Below are positions 1 through 9,600 of a stretch of 38,934 nt of DNA, in pieces. The stretch's first letter is position 1. Each line of letters begins with the position of its first letter. Origin of the DNA: a virus (lineage: Duplodnaviria; Caudoviricetes); IMG/VR virus record IMGVR_UViG_3300048598_000503, positions 1 to 38,934 of that record; one strand, given 5' to 3'. Below the pieces are notes generated by a model. That model was not told the origin of the DNA. It saw only the letters and a list, made by a program, of their open reading frames with translations, and made no database searches. Both the position numbers and the translations under genes were made by a program.

Positions 1-417
1 ATGGGCGGAAAGGTGGAACACCCCTTCAGGGTGGAGGTCTGGGAGGGCGACAAGGTCGCCGAGACGCTGGCAGTGGCCGGCAATGCCGTCGTCGGCATCG
101 CCGCCTACGAGGCCGCCGTGAACGAGCGGCCCGGCCGTTCCGTGACGCTTCGCCATGGTGCCCGCATCGTCCGCTCGTCGGCGGCGGCGCATGTCGGCCC
201 ACCGACCGTGGCCATGCTCAAGGCCCAGGGCGTCGCTGGCGTCAGGCTTTGGTGCGTCGGCTGCGGCCGTCACGCGGTGCTGAGCTGAGCGCAGCTGAAG
301 GCGGGCGACGGCGAATCCTTCCCGACGGCCGGCCGACAGCCGGCCTGCTCTGCCTGCGGCAGCCGGGAGGTGACGCGCATGCCGGACTGGTCAGGACACA
401 AGGAGAAGCCAAGATGA
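1..417 (+). pseudogene. Zn-ribbon (CxxC...CxxC) protein interrupted by an in-frame TGA at 286-288
   Basis: Frame 1 reads ...WCVGCGRHAVLS*AQLKAGDGESFPTAGRQPACSACGSREVTRMPDWSGHKEKPR*. The second CxxC lies after the stop, and the final TGA (415-417) overlaps the next ATG (ATGA). Confidence 0.7.
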
Positions 418-527
418 AGAGCCGCGCCATCATCATCCCGCTCATCGGGGTCGTGCCGTCGAAGGTGCCGGTGATCAGGCTGCCGAAGCAGAAGCCTATT
501 GCTGCCGCTTCGCGCGGGCGAGGCTGA
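414..527 (+). CDS. Small basic hypothetical protein (37 aa, MKSRAIIIPLIGVVPSKVPVIRLPKQK...)
   Basis: AAGGAG upstream and ATGA coupling to the read-through frame of 1-417; overlaps the end of 496-732 on the other strand. Confidence 0.35.
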   Translation: MKSRAIIIPLIGVVPSKVPVIRLPKQKPIAAASRGRG

Positions 528-732
528 TGGCGAGATCCGTGGTGCCGTTCGCCTGCCGCATGTGGAGGTGAGCCTCGGCGAGGCCGGCCAACGCCATGGC
601 GATGACGTCCTCGTCCCAGCCGGCCGCCTTCGCCTTCTCCGCGAGATCCTGAAAGTAGGGCTCGAGCGCGAACTCGGCATCGAGCACATGATCAGGGTCG
701 GACGGCGTTGTCTTCGGTCGCGGGATGGTCAT
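496..732 (-). CDS. Hypothetical protein (78 aa)
   Basis: Natural-looking helical sequence (LAEKAKAAGWDEDVIAMALAGLAEAH) with good codon bias. Confidence 0.75.
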   Translation of the reverse strand: MTIPRPKTTPSDPDHVLDAEFALEPYFQDLAEKAKAAGWDEDVIAMALAGLAEAHLHMRQANGTTDLAISLARAKRQQ

Positions 733-791
733 GGAGCATCAACGCACGAGACACGAAGCTGGATCAGCCTGGATCGGCAACTCGGTGCCGA

Positions 792-1334
792 TTAGTCCTT
801 CTCGCGACCCTTTATGAAAGCAACAGCCGCAGCGAACAAGCCGGTTCCGAGAAATGCTCCAGCCACCCACGGCTGCCCCCAGACGACGCAAAACAACGCT
901 CCGAAGATCAAGCCACCAATGGTGGCCAAACCGAACTGCATTCCCCTGCGACGGTCATCCCGCTCGTCCGCTTGATCCTGCTGAAGAAGCTGCGTGTGCG
1001 CCCGGGCCGCTTCCATTCGCGAGGCCATCTCAGCTTCGGCCATGGCGATGATCCGATCCGCCGCGCCCGGACAAACCTTCTCATACTCAGCAAGATGGCG
1101 GGGATGTGCGATTGGGCCGCTGAATTTCTCGCTTACAAGGATCGAGGAAATTCTCTCGGCGATCACCGCTTTTTGCGCCGGGTTATCACCCGGCAAGAGC
1201 GGGCTGATCTGCCGAGTGATCTCTTCCCGAAGTGCAATCTGCGCTTCGATCTCGGCGTTGTTACTCGTCGTAGGCCCCTGACTCACGTCGCCCGATGACG
1301 GCGACGTGGACGGCGGACTTGGCGGCTTTGACAT
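792..1334 (-). CDS. DUF2335-family membrane protein
   Basis: FSGPIAHPRHLAEYEKVCPGAADRIIAMAE signature, then a coiled stretch and two C-terminal TM helices; start placed at MSKPP (uncertain). Confidence 0.85.
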   Translation of the reverse strand: MSKPPSPPSTSPSSGDVSQGPTTSNNAEIEAQIALREEITRQISPLLPGDNPAQKAVIAERISSILVSEKFSGPIAHPRHLAEYEKVCPGAADRIIAMAEAEMASRMEAARAHTQLLQQDQADERDDRRRGMQFGLATIGGLIFGALFCVVWGQPWVAGAFLGTGLFAAAVAFIKGREKD

Positions 1335-1533
1335 TGGTCGCTTCTTGATCGCTGGCGTGCGCCATAAGGCGCCCAACTGTGTGCCATGCGCCTGCGACGG
1401 TTGCAACCTGCGGTGCGTCGACCCGCGATTGCCTGCACGCAAAAACGTTTATGGGGGCCGCCAGCCCCATCAGCAAGCCTTGATAGAATGAGGGGCTAAA
1501 TCGTGCGTGGCGCGGACGCCTTGCGATAACCAC
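1261..1533 (-). CDS. Small partner protein upstream of DUF2335 (about 90 aa)
   Basis: AAGGAGG 5 nt before GTG at 1533; SFYQGLLMGLAAP...AGAWHTVGRLMAHA resembles the W-x-x-VG small proteins I recall next to DUF2335 genes. Confidence 0.6.
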   Translation of the reverse strand: MVIARRPRHARFSPSFYQGLLMGLAAPINVFACRQSRVDAPQVATVAGAWHTVGRLMAHASDQEATNVKAAKSAVHVAVIGRRESGAYDE

Positions 1534-1656
1534 CTTCACCTCCTTCAGACACCCCCCAAGTTCAGAGGGCTCGTCGCCCTCATACATGGTGTAGCCTCTC
1601 GGCGAGATTAAGGGAGCAGTACGTGTAAAACCGGACATCGCAGTGAATGTTCCGTG

Positions 1657-1682
1657 AAAACCGCCAACAAGCCATGCGGCGG
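1657..1682 (-). terminator. Putative rho-independent terminator ending the late/lysis transcript
   Basis: Minus strand CCGCCGCATGGCTTGTTGGCGG followed by TTTT, downstream of the last lysis-cluster gene. Confidence 0.5.
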
Positions 1683-1753
1683 GCCGACCTTATACACGGC
1701 TCCGTCAGACCGCAACGGGCGGCAAGACGCAGTTCGACCGCCGGCGCGGATCC

Positions 1754-1948
1754 TCAATCCTGGTCCTTCGTCGGCGGCGGCAGCGCCAGCTGCCCCAGCG
1801 CCTCGACGAAGAAGGCGGCGAACCGGGCCGCGGCCATGGGCGGAAAGACCAGGGAGACCTCCGCCGTCTCGGCGATGATGGAGACGCTGACGACACCGTC
1901 GCGGGCCCGGGCCGTGGCGAGCTGGACGGTCAGCGGCGGCCGGCTCAT
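1754..1948 (-). CDS. Hypothetical protein (64 aa)
   Basis: ATGA-coupled to upstream gene; phage-like codon usage. Confidence 0.65.
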   Translation of the reverse strand: MSRPPLTVQLATARARDGVVSVSIIAETAEVSLVFPPMAAARFAAFFVEALGQLALPPPTKDQD

Positions 1949-2259
1949 CGCGCCGGCGCGCCGGTCTTGGCGGTGACGGCGATCTGGAAGCCGAGCCAGA
2001 GGATGCCCAGCACGCCGGCCATCACCGCCAGGATCACTGCTCCGCCCACCTTGGCGGCGGCGCCGTCGAAGGCCTTGCGCCAGCGGCGGATGAAGCGGAA
2101 GTCCTCGCGGGCCTCATCGATCATCTCGGGCTCGTCGCTGCGCAGGCCGAGGTCGTGGAAGGCCTTCTGGACGGCCTTCTCCGAGGCCTTCTCGCAGGCC
2201 GATTCGACAAGCTCCTCGAGCTCCTCCCGCGACATGGTGATGACCAGCTCGCCACTCAT
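1945..2259 (-). CDS. Lysis-cluster membrane protein with a single C-terminal TM helix
   Basis: GGAGGGGGAG RBS, ATGA overlap with o-spanin stop; coiled N-terminus then GGAVILAVMAGVLGILWLGF. Confidence 0.8.
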   Translation of the reverse strand: MSGELVITMSREELEELVESACEKASEKAVQKAFHDLGLRSDEPEMIDEAREDFRFIRRWRKAFDGAAAKVGGAVILAVMAGVLGILWLGFQIAVTAKTGAPAR

Positions 2260-2534
2260 CGAATCTCCCCCTCCGTCGTGAACGCAGCCGCCCTCACCGC
2301 CGTCGCCCGGCGTTCCTCGCATGTCCTCAGCGCCGAGCGGTCGCGGCCCCAGAGGCTCGTCACCTCGCGCTCTGTCAGCCGCCGGCCGGGCAGCGCCACA
2401 GGATCATCGCAGCGGCGCTGCGCCTCCGCCGGCACGGCGGGCCGCAGCAGCTGCGTCCGCACAACTGGCGGGGGAGAGGAGGCACACGCGCTCACGAGAC
2501 AGGCCACCGGCCCCAGTATCAGGAAGCGCCGCAT
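2256..2534 (-). CDS. Rz1: o-spanin (Rz1-like lipoprotein)
   Basis: Signal peptide with lipobox LVSAC, Pro-rich linker, two further Cys; overlaps the 3' end of the i-spanin gene. Confidence 0.85.
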   Translation of the reverse strand: MRRFLILGPVACLVSACASSPPPVVRTQLLRPAVPAEAQRRCDDPVALPGRRLTEREVTSLWGRDRSALRTCEERRATAVRAAAFTTEGEIR

Positions 2535-2826
2535 TGGCTCTCTCCAGTTCGGCTTGCAGGGTGGATTCGCGGGCCTCCGCGGCGCGGGCGACGCGGTCGG
2601 CTTCCATGGCGGCCTCGGCGGCCTTCAGGCGGGCTTCGGCCACCGCCTGATTGGAGCGGGCGATCTCGCCCGTCCAATGGGCGTCACGGGCGATCGCAGC
2701 CTCGCGCCGGGCGTCATGCAGCGCCCCGCGGAAGGCGACGACGGCGGTGCCGATGCCGGCGGCCACGAGGGCCGCCAGCGCCAGGGCGGCAAGGCCGACG
2801 GCGATCGGTTTGGAGAGGCCGAACAT
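2404..2826 (-). CDS. Rz: i-spanin (Rz-like)
   Basis: N-terminal TM helix followed by an Ala/Glu/Arg coiled coil; follows endolysin and holin-like gene. Confidence 0.8.
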   Translation of the reverse strand: MFGLSKPIAVGLAALALAALVAAGIGTAVVAFRGALHDARREAAIARDAHWTGEIARSNQAVAEARLKAAEAAMEADRVARAAEARESTLQAELERANAALPDTGAGGLSRERVCLLSPASCADAAAAARRAGGGAAPLR

Positions 2827-3101
2827 CAGCCGCCCTCCGTCTCGGGATCGACCGGGGCCATGGCCTGGCTGCGATAGTCCATGGCGCCGGCTAAGCGGTG
2901 GATGCCGAGCGTGCCGAGCAGGACGGCGGCGATCGTCGGCAGAAACAGCGGCGCCAGCGTCGCAGAGCGGGCGGCGAGCTGCTCGTCGCCGAACAGGCCG
3001 CAGCCGAGCAGCAGGAAGAAGGCGGCGCCGGAGCCGGCGAAGCCGATCTTCAGGGCGCGGCGGGTGAAGCCGTAGGTGGGGCGTTGCAGGGTGCGGGCCA
3101 T
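2826..3101 (-). CDS. Putative holin (two TM helices)
   Basis: 91 aa, two hydrophobic segments, lies between endolysin and spanins. Confidence 0.6.
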   Translation of the reverse strand: MARTLQRPTYGFTRRALKIGFAGSGAAFFLLLGCGLFGDEQLAARSATLAPLFLPTIAAVLLGTLGIHRLAGAMDYRSQAMAPVDPETEGG

Positions 3102-3105
3102 GGCG

Positions 3106-3639
3106 TCACCGGATCGGCTGGGTGGCCTGCCAGTGCATGCCGTCATGGCGGCGCTGGTCGGCCATGGAGCCGTTGCCGTTCCAGTCGCCGCCCCAGGTCC
3201 AGCCCTCGGCGGCGAAGGCGGCGAGCACCTCCGGACAGGTGGCGAAGTGCGGCGTCGGATCGCCGAGGCCGTTGCGCGGCGCGTCGAAATCCACGGCGCA
3301 GCCGAAGGCGTGCATCGACAGGGTCGAGAGCCCGCGCATGACGCGGTAGTTGAACGAGCCGGAGAAGACCGACATGCCCCAGGCGTCGATCACCGCCTGG
3401 TCACGACCGGAGCGCTCCCAGATGTCGGCGAGCACGCGGGCGAGGCTTTCTGCGCAGTGCCGGTGGATGGTGATCCTGGTGATGCGGATCTCGCCCATGG
3501 CCATGGCGAAGGGCGGCGGCACCGTCACCAGGTTGGCCCGCCGCCAGGCGTCGGAGACGACCCCGCCGCCGGGCCCGCGCGGGTCACCATAGACGGAGCG
3601 ATAGGCAAGCACGTCGGACTGCTTCGGCCATGCGTTCAT
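3106..3639 (-). CDS. Endolysin, M15 family zinc peptidase
   Basis: R...SMHAFGCAVD and WGGDW...DGMHWQ zinc-binding motifs; GGGAGG RBS. Confidence 0.92.
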   Translation of the reverse strand: MNAWPKQSDVLAYRSVYGDPRGPGGGVVSDAWRRANLVTVPPPFAMAMGEIRITRITIHRHCAESLARVLADIWERSGRDQAVIDAWGMSVFSGSFNYRVMRGLSTLSMHAFGCAVDFDAPRNGLGDPTPHFATCPEVLAAFAAEGWTWGGDWNGNGSMADQRRHDGMHWQATQPIR

Positions 3640-3787
3640 GGCGGCCTCCCTGGGGCTGGTCGGAATCGGTGTTGGCGTGGATGACGGCCGCCGCCGCCAG
3701 CGCGGCGAAGGCGAGACCGGCGAAGACGACGAGCGCCATCAGCGGCGGCTCGGTGACGAGCGCCGTGGCAATGTCGGGATGGGACAT
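3584..3787 (-). CDS. Small single-TM protein upstream of endolysin (holin/antiholin candidate)
   Basis: GGAG RBS; hydrophobic LMALVVFAGLAFAALAAAAVI; overlaps endolysin start by 56 nt. Confidence 0.5.
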   Translation of the reverse strand: MSHPDIATALVTEPPLMALVVFAGLAFAALAAAAVIHANTDSDQPQGGRHERMAEAVRRACLSLRLW

Positions 3788-3955
3788 GGGAACGGCGCTC
3801 CCGCGCTACGGCAGGTTGCAGTTTCAGCGAGGGATATCCGGTGGCGACCCAATCAAAATCGTGTTCGAGGTCGTCGGACAGGCGCTGGGATCTACCCCTA
3901 GCTCGCGCCCTAGGATCGGTTTATCAGTACTGGCTCTCCAGCGGGTGAGCGCGGG

Positions 3956-5020
3956 ATGCTTGGACTCGGATCATTTCGCTTTTTGCTGGCGCTTGCGGTG
4001 ATTTTCTCGCACCTCGGCCACGCCACCACGTATGGCATAATCCCTGGCAGAATTGCCGTTTTCGCGTTCTACGTTGTTTCAGGATACTTGATAACTCGGG
4101 TCCTGCACGACGTTTATAGATTTAAGATAGCGCCGTTTGCTTTAAACCGCGCCCTGCGCCTTTACCCTATGCACTATATCGTTGCTGCAGCCAGCTTACC
4201 CGTTGTACTGCTCATGCCGGCCAATGCATTCCATCCGTCGTGGGAGCAACCAAGCGGCATCCTATATTTGTTCGACACAATACTCATTTTTCCGCTTGCT
4301 CTCCATGGTAATACGCCTTTCGGTCCGCTAGTGCGGCTGGTGCCGTCGACATGGAGCGTAGCAGTAGAAATCGTTTGCTACTTCATGCTGTGGCTCTTCA
4401 TTGCAAGACGGCTGTCTTTTGCAATTTTGACCTTTATCGCTGCGGCGCTGTACCATTTTTATTTGCTTTCCAATGGAAATCATTGGACGGCCGCGTACGC
4501 CCCTGTTCCCGCCGCGCTTTTACCTTTTGCCGCCGGAGCGATTTGCTACTGGGCGCGGCGCTATGTTGGCGATCATGACAACAGTTTCGCCTTCGGCGCG
4601 GCAGTGGTGACCTGGTTGGGAAACGTACTCGTGCATGCTGCCCTCCCAATGGAAACGACCGTAACGACCTATGCAAACATCGCGGTTACCTGTGCCGTTG
4701 TGCTGACGTACCCAGTCAAGGTCACAGCGTCGTCGCGCGTCGACAGGTGGCTCGGCGACTTGGCATACCCAACGTTTCTGTCGCACTGGATGATTGGGTA
4801 TCTGGTCGCATACGCGTCTGGACTACACCGAGGCCTCGCCTTGTTTGCTTTTTCGCTTCCAGTCATCCTCGCGATTTCAGCCGGAATCGCTTGGTTGGCA
4901 GGACGATCCATCGATCCCATTCGGGATCGGGTTCGATCTCAGGCGCGAGATTCCACGGCATCTAGCCTTTCCGACAGCAACCGAACCTCGGCGAGAGCCG
5001 CTGCCGTCACGAAGGCATAA
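3956..5020 (+). CDS. Acyltransferase-3 (OafA/Oac-like) surface-polysaccharide O-acyltransferase; moron
   Basis: GSFRFLLALAVIFSH, VFAFYVVSGYLI, NRALRLYP, TWSVAVEIVCY and LGDLAYPTFLSH motifs; about 10 TM helices; lower GC; opposite strand to flanking late genes. Confidence 0.93.
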   Translation: MLGLGSFRFLLALAVIFSHLGHATTYGIIPGRIAVFAFYVVSGYLITRVLHDVYRFKIAPFALNRALRLYPMHYIVAAASLPVVLLMPANAFHPSWEQPSGILYLFDTILIFPLALHGNTPFGPLVRLVPSTWSVAVEIVCYFMLWLFIARRLSFAILTFIAAALYHFYLLSNGNHWTAAYAPVPAALLPFAAGAICYWARRYVGDHDNSFAFGAAVVTWLGNVLVHAALPMETTVTTYANIAVTCAVVLTYPVKVTASSRVDRWLGDLAYPTFLSHWMIGYLVAYASGLHRGLALFAFSLPVILAISAGIAWLAGRSIDPIRDRVRSQARDSTASSLSDSNRTSARAAAVTKA

Positions 5021-6561
5021 AGCTGGTCGTACCGAATGCCTTGGCGGGTTTCGCCGTTCGGTTCAAGCTCATCGTACTCATCGTCGACTTCGTGCATGAG
5101 TGGATTACCGAGCTCGTCGAAAAGCTGGGCGCCATCCTCGTCGACAACCGCCACCATGACCCGACGGGTCTTGGTAACGCGATGCACGACTTCATCCTCA
5201 CACCAGATGGCATAGGCGGCGGGATCGAGGCCCTCGGCTACAAAAGCAGCCGCGACGGCTTGGGCTGTCACGCCGACGTGCCTGCGAGCAGCATCGCCCT
5301 TTCGCTCAACGGCATCGTTCCATTGGTAGATGCCGATAAGGCCGGAGAGGCGGCGAGCAACCCGCATTTCCGCGTCAGCAAGCCCACCGAGCCAGCGCTT
5401 TTCCCGCGCGTCAGACGTGTTGATCGTACCAGTTCCGGCAAAAACCTCTGACCACCGCAGCGAGGCGGCGCCAAGCTTCTGAGCGTTGTCTGCGCCGGGG
5501 GTCGTGTCTCCATTGGCCTGAACGGCAAGACGGACGGTCGCGGCAGCGGTGGTAGTGGGCGTCAGCAAAAGCTCGAAATAGGTCCCCTGTGCTGTGTCGC
5601 TCCAGTTTTCCGCGGCCCTATAGCGGAAGAACGCTCGGGCGGCGGCAGAATAGGCCGTCGAGCCGTAGCCAAACCCCTGCACGACAGCGATGACATCGTT
5701 GTTCAGAAGCGCAGTTGGGGATGCCAGGGTCCCGTTGGCGCGGCGACCGGTGAAGACAGCCGAGCCGCCTTGCGAGTCCATCACGTGAGCTGTCGAGCCT
5801 GCGGATGCCCCATGCAGAACGGTGTTTGGCCCCGTCGGCGCGGCGGGAAGCGCCTGCCCGGACGCGTTGACCGCCAGAGCAGCCGTCATCGTGTCGCCGG
5901 CCCTGGTGACCTTCTCGCTGTCCACCTCGGCGATCGCTGCCTGCACGGTCGTCGCGGCAACGCCTCCGGTCGGAGTGAAGGCGATGTCGGAAGCATCTGT
6001 CGCCCCGGTGACCGTCCAGGCGGCCCCGGTGTAGATCCTGAGCACGGCCGAGCCATCGACCGTCACCTTCATGCCCGCGATCGGCGAGATGAAGATCCAG
6101 CGGGTGTTCGCCGCGTCATACTGCGCGATATAGCCTTCCTTGCCGGCGAAGACGCCGGTGGCGGTGGCGATGACGAGGTGGCGGTCCCCGTCCGCCGGCG
6201 AGCCCGGTGGGGCCGTCGCCTGGCTGACGACCGGGATCGAGCGGTTGTCCTCGGCCGCCGCCAGAATCTTCGCATAGACGTCGCGCGTCACCTCGGCATT
6301 GGCGGCGAGCGAGGTGCGCAGCCGCGAGACCGGCGCGATGTCGAACTGCACCGTGCCGGAGGTCGGCGCATTGCGCAGCAGGGTCAGCGTGCCGGCGGCG
6401 ACGGCGTCGATCGCCAGCTCCATCCCGTTCGGATCGGGCGCCCGGTCCCCGCGCAGCACGCCCTCGAGGATCGGGTTGGTGCCGGTCACGGTGACGGTCT
6501 TCGACCCCGCCGTGAAGGTCAGGGTCGCAGCCGCATTGGTGATGTAGGCGACGTCGGACAT
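4939..6561 (-). CDS. Tail fibre / receptor-binding protein with DUF2793-like region and C-terminal peptidase S74 chaperone
   Basis: TAPPGSPADGDRHLV...ATGVFAGKEGYIA...WIF (DUF2793-like); GTINTSDAREK autocleavage motif, HVGVTAQ, GIRYDQL, terminal coiled coil. Confidence 0.9.
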   Translation of the reverse strand: MSDVAYITNAAATLTFTAGSKTVTVTGTNPILEGVLRGDRAPDPNGMELAIDAVAAGTLTLLRNAPTSGTVQFDIAPVSRLRTSLAANAEVTRDVYAKILAAAEDNRSIPVVSQATAPPGSPADGDRHLVIATATGVFAGKEGYIAQYDAANTRWIFISPIAGMKVTVDGSAVLRIYTGAAWTVTGATDASDIAFTPTGGVAATTVQAAIAEVDSEKVTRAGDTMTAALAVNASGQALPAAPTGPNTVLHGASAGSTAHVMDSQGGSAVFTGRRANGTLASPTALLNNDVIAVVQGFGYGSTAYSAAARAFFRYRAAENWSDTAQGTYFELLLTPTTTAAATVRLAVQANGDTTPGADNAQKLGAASLRWSEVFAGTGTINTSDAREKRWLGGLADAEMRVARRLSGLIGIYQWNDAVERKGDAARRHVGVTAQAVAAAFVAEGLDPAAYAIWCEDEVVHRVTKTRRVMVAVVDEDGAQLFDELGNPLMHEVDDEYDELEPNGETRQGIRYDQLYAFVTAAALAEVRLLSERLDAVESRA

Positions 6562-6613
6562 GGGCGGTCATTCCCTTGGGGAGGGGTGAGGCAGGTGGAA
6601 CGGGCGGAGGTGA

Positions 6614-9600
6614 CTAGCGCTTCAGGATCAGACAGGTAACGTTGGCGGCGATCTTCAACGGCATGCCGTAGCCGGCGCCGTCGCCCCCCGGCTGCATGCC
6701 GTTGGCCGTGCCAGGTCCCCATCGACGCTGCAAATGGACATCGTAGGTGCCAGACTTGATCTGGATGATGTCGGCGATGCTCGCCTGCTGCATCCCGAAG
6801 CCGTAGTTCGTGATGCCGGATATAGGATTGAAGACCGCGTAGTTCGGGATCAAACCTTCGCGCGTGTAGAAGACATTGCCCGCGCCGTCGTCGAACTTCA
6901 GCCGAAATGCGGCGACCATCGGCTGGTAGGAACCGCCGTTCCACGCAAAACTCGTGTTGCGGGCAGACGCGTCAGCCAGGACCGCCAGCGGACAATAGTC
7001 AGAGGCCGTTGCCCCGTCACCGATGGAGTCTGGGTTCTCCGGAATGGAGATCGTGCCGAGAGTCGTGAAGTCGAGATAGGTGTTTCCAGTGCCGCTGGCC
7101 GTGTTCCCAGTGCCGACATTTTCGTGCGATCCGGGCTCCGCGCGGGAGAACTCCTTGTAAAGGGTGATCTGCCCCGAGCCGATGGCGTCGCCGATGAAGC
7201 GGCCGGCACTGTCGACCATGAGGACAGGGTCGCCACCACCAGATGGCTCGCGATAGATGCGGTCGCCTACCAGTACCGTGAAGCCGGCCGGGGAGCCGCC
7301 ACCACCGGCCACGGCATAGGCCTTGAGGCCAGCGCTTGCAAAGCCGCCATCGTCGGCCGCCTCGACAAGCATCTGGACGCCCGAGGTCGCGCCGGTCGGT
7401 GGCGAGACGACTTGTGCGAACCGCAAGAGCCCACCTGCGGACAGGTCGTCGATACTCGCCTCGGTCGCGAGCTCGAGCGCTGCGATGGCGGAGTTGGCAT
7501 CGGCTACCGCCCCAGCAACCGTCGACACCGACGCCTCAATGCTGCCCGGCGCGTCTTCCACACCGAAGCGCGCCTCAATGACCGTCTCGGCTGCTGCGGC
7601 GGCTCCGGCCGCATCGACCTTCGTCGTCTCCAGCGTGCCGATCGACGCGGTGTTGTCGTCAATCGCGCTCTCTGCACTGTCCATCCGCACTGTTAGGGCG
7701 GCGTCGGCGCCGGCGAGTGCGATCTGCACGTCCGACAGCTCGGCCCGGGCAGAGCCACGCACCGACTTCAGCTTCTCCACCTGCACCGCGGCGCCGTCGA
7801 GCACCGCCTGCTCGAGCGCCTGCTGCGAGGCCGTCACCTGCTCGACGAGGTCCCGCGCCGCCTTCAGCTGCGCCGCCATGGCGGTAAGGCCGGCCGCGGT
7901 CGCTGCATCGAATGCTGTCCAGTCCACCCCTCCTGGCTCCACCGTGTCGGTGATGATTGCCTTCTTCACCACATGGTTCGGGTCGGAGGTCACCGGCGCC
8001 GGCGTCTGTACGGTGGTGTAGCGCGGCGGCGTGGTGGCGAGATCCGCCTCGAACTCATAGTCCGTCTCTGCCTGGATGCCGGAGTCGATCTTGCCCTCGC
8101 CGGCGGCGAGCGTGTCCGTCGTATCGAAGCGACGCTGCGACCAGTCGGTGGCGCCCACAGGCCTGTAACGGACGATGACGGCGTCCACCGTCAGGTCGGC
8201 GATCGGCGTCCAGCTGCAGAGGAAGACCGGCAGCTTCTGGCCGCCCTCGCCGACATCGTAGCTCGCCGAGACGGCGAAGCCGGCGACTGTCGCCAGTCGC
8301 TCCGCCGCCGAGGGCAGGTCGGCCGCCACCAGCGGGCCGAGCTGGTCTGCCTCCGGGTCCCAGTCCCAGATGTCGGCCGAGGTCTCGACGAGGCCCCAGG
8401 ACAGCGTCAGGTCGCGCTGCTTCTTCCACTGCTGGACGTGGAACTCGCGCGCCGCGCCGCCGTGATAGGTCGAGGCCCAGGTGACGGTGTCCATGGTCTC
8501 GGCGTCGCGCAGCCGCGGCGGCACGGCGACGGTGGCGGTGGCCTGCAGGCGCATGCGCCGGCGGGCGATCTCCATCAGGTGCTGCGCCTGCGTCTGGCTT
8601 GGCACCTGCGAGAGGGTGAGCGTCATGGTCAACCGCTCGCCGCCGTCGATCGCCTCGTCCTCCGAGGAGGTGCGCAGGGGAAGATCCTGCAGTTCGAAGG
8701 CGTTCCAGGGATCGGCGAACTTGCCGGCCACGGCATTGTAGCGGTCGGAGCGCGGCTTCTTCGCCTTGTAGCGGCGCGGGCCCTTCACCAGGTCGGCGTC
8801 GGTGATGGCCACCACCGGCGTCTGCGGCCCGCCGGCGGTGAGGCGATAGGTGCCGCCGCGCTCGGTCTCCCAGCCGGCCATGGCGTCGTAGAAGATCTGC
8901 AGGTTGTCGCGGTGGGTGCGCTCGTTGGTGATCACCGCCGCGATGCGCCACATCGGCTCTTCCTCGTCGTCGAGGAGCGGGCGCGGCGTGTCGCAGAGGT
9001 TCGCCGCGGCGATGCGGCTGTCCATGCGGATGCGAGCTATCGGCGTGCCGATGCCCATCATCTTCACGCCGCCGATGAAGACGCCGAGGCGGTAGTCGGT
9101 CGCGGCGAGAGCGACGTTGTCGCTCCACTCCCATGTCGCCTTGTCGGCGCGGGAATGGCTGCCGGTGCCGCCATAGGCCGTGTCCTTGCGCGGATCCCAG
9201 AGGCGCCGGCCGCGGACGATGAACTCGATCTGCGGATTGGCCGAGAGGTTCTTGTTGGAATCCGGCTCGATGTCGACGATGGCGTAGCAGACGCCGCCAC
9301 CCTTGTGGTCGACGGTCCAGAACTTGCTGCCCTGGGCGTCGGAGCCGGACTGGGCGACGAGCGTCGCATCGGCGTTCTGGACCGGGCGACCGTCATAGAA
9401 CTTCACCTTGACGTTGTTGCCGTACTCCTTGGTGGTCACCCAGGACGAGCCGTCGGCGCCGGCGGACTGGAGGCCGGGCGTCCAGGGCGGGTCGCCGACA
9501 TGGGTGCCGTCGCCGCCGGTATCAGGAGTGCCGAGGATGCCGCCCTGGAACTGCTTGCCGGCATTCGACCACTGCCCGTCGATGCCGTTGAAGCGGCAGC

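Noticed and set aside
286-288. TGA as selenocysteine or an alternative genetic code
   Set aside because: The position is not part of a CxxC motif, and TGA is the normal stop for most genes in the window
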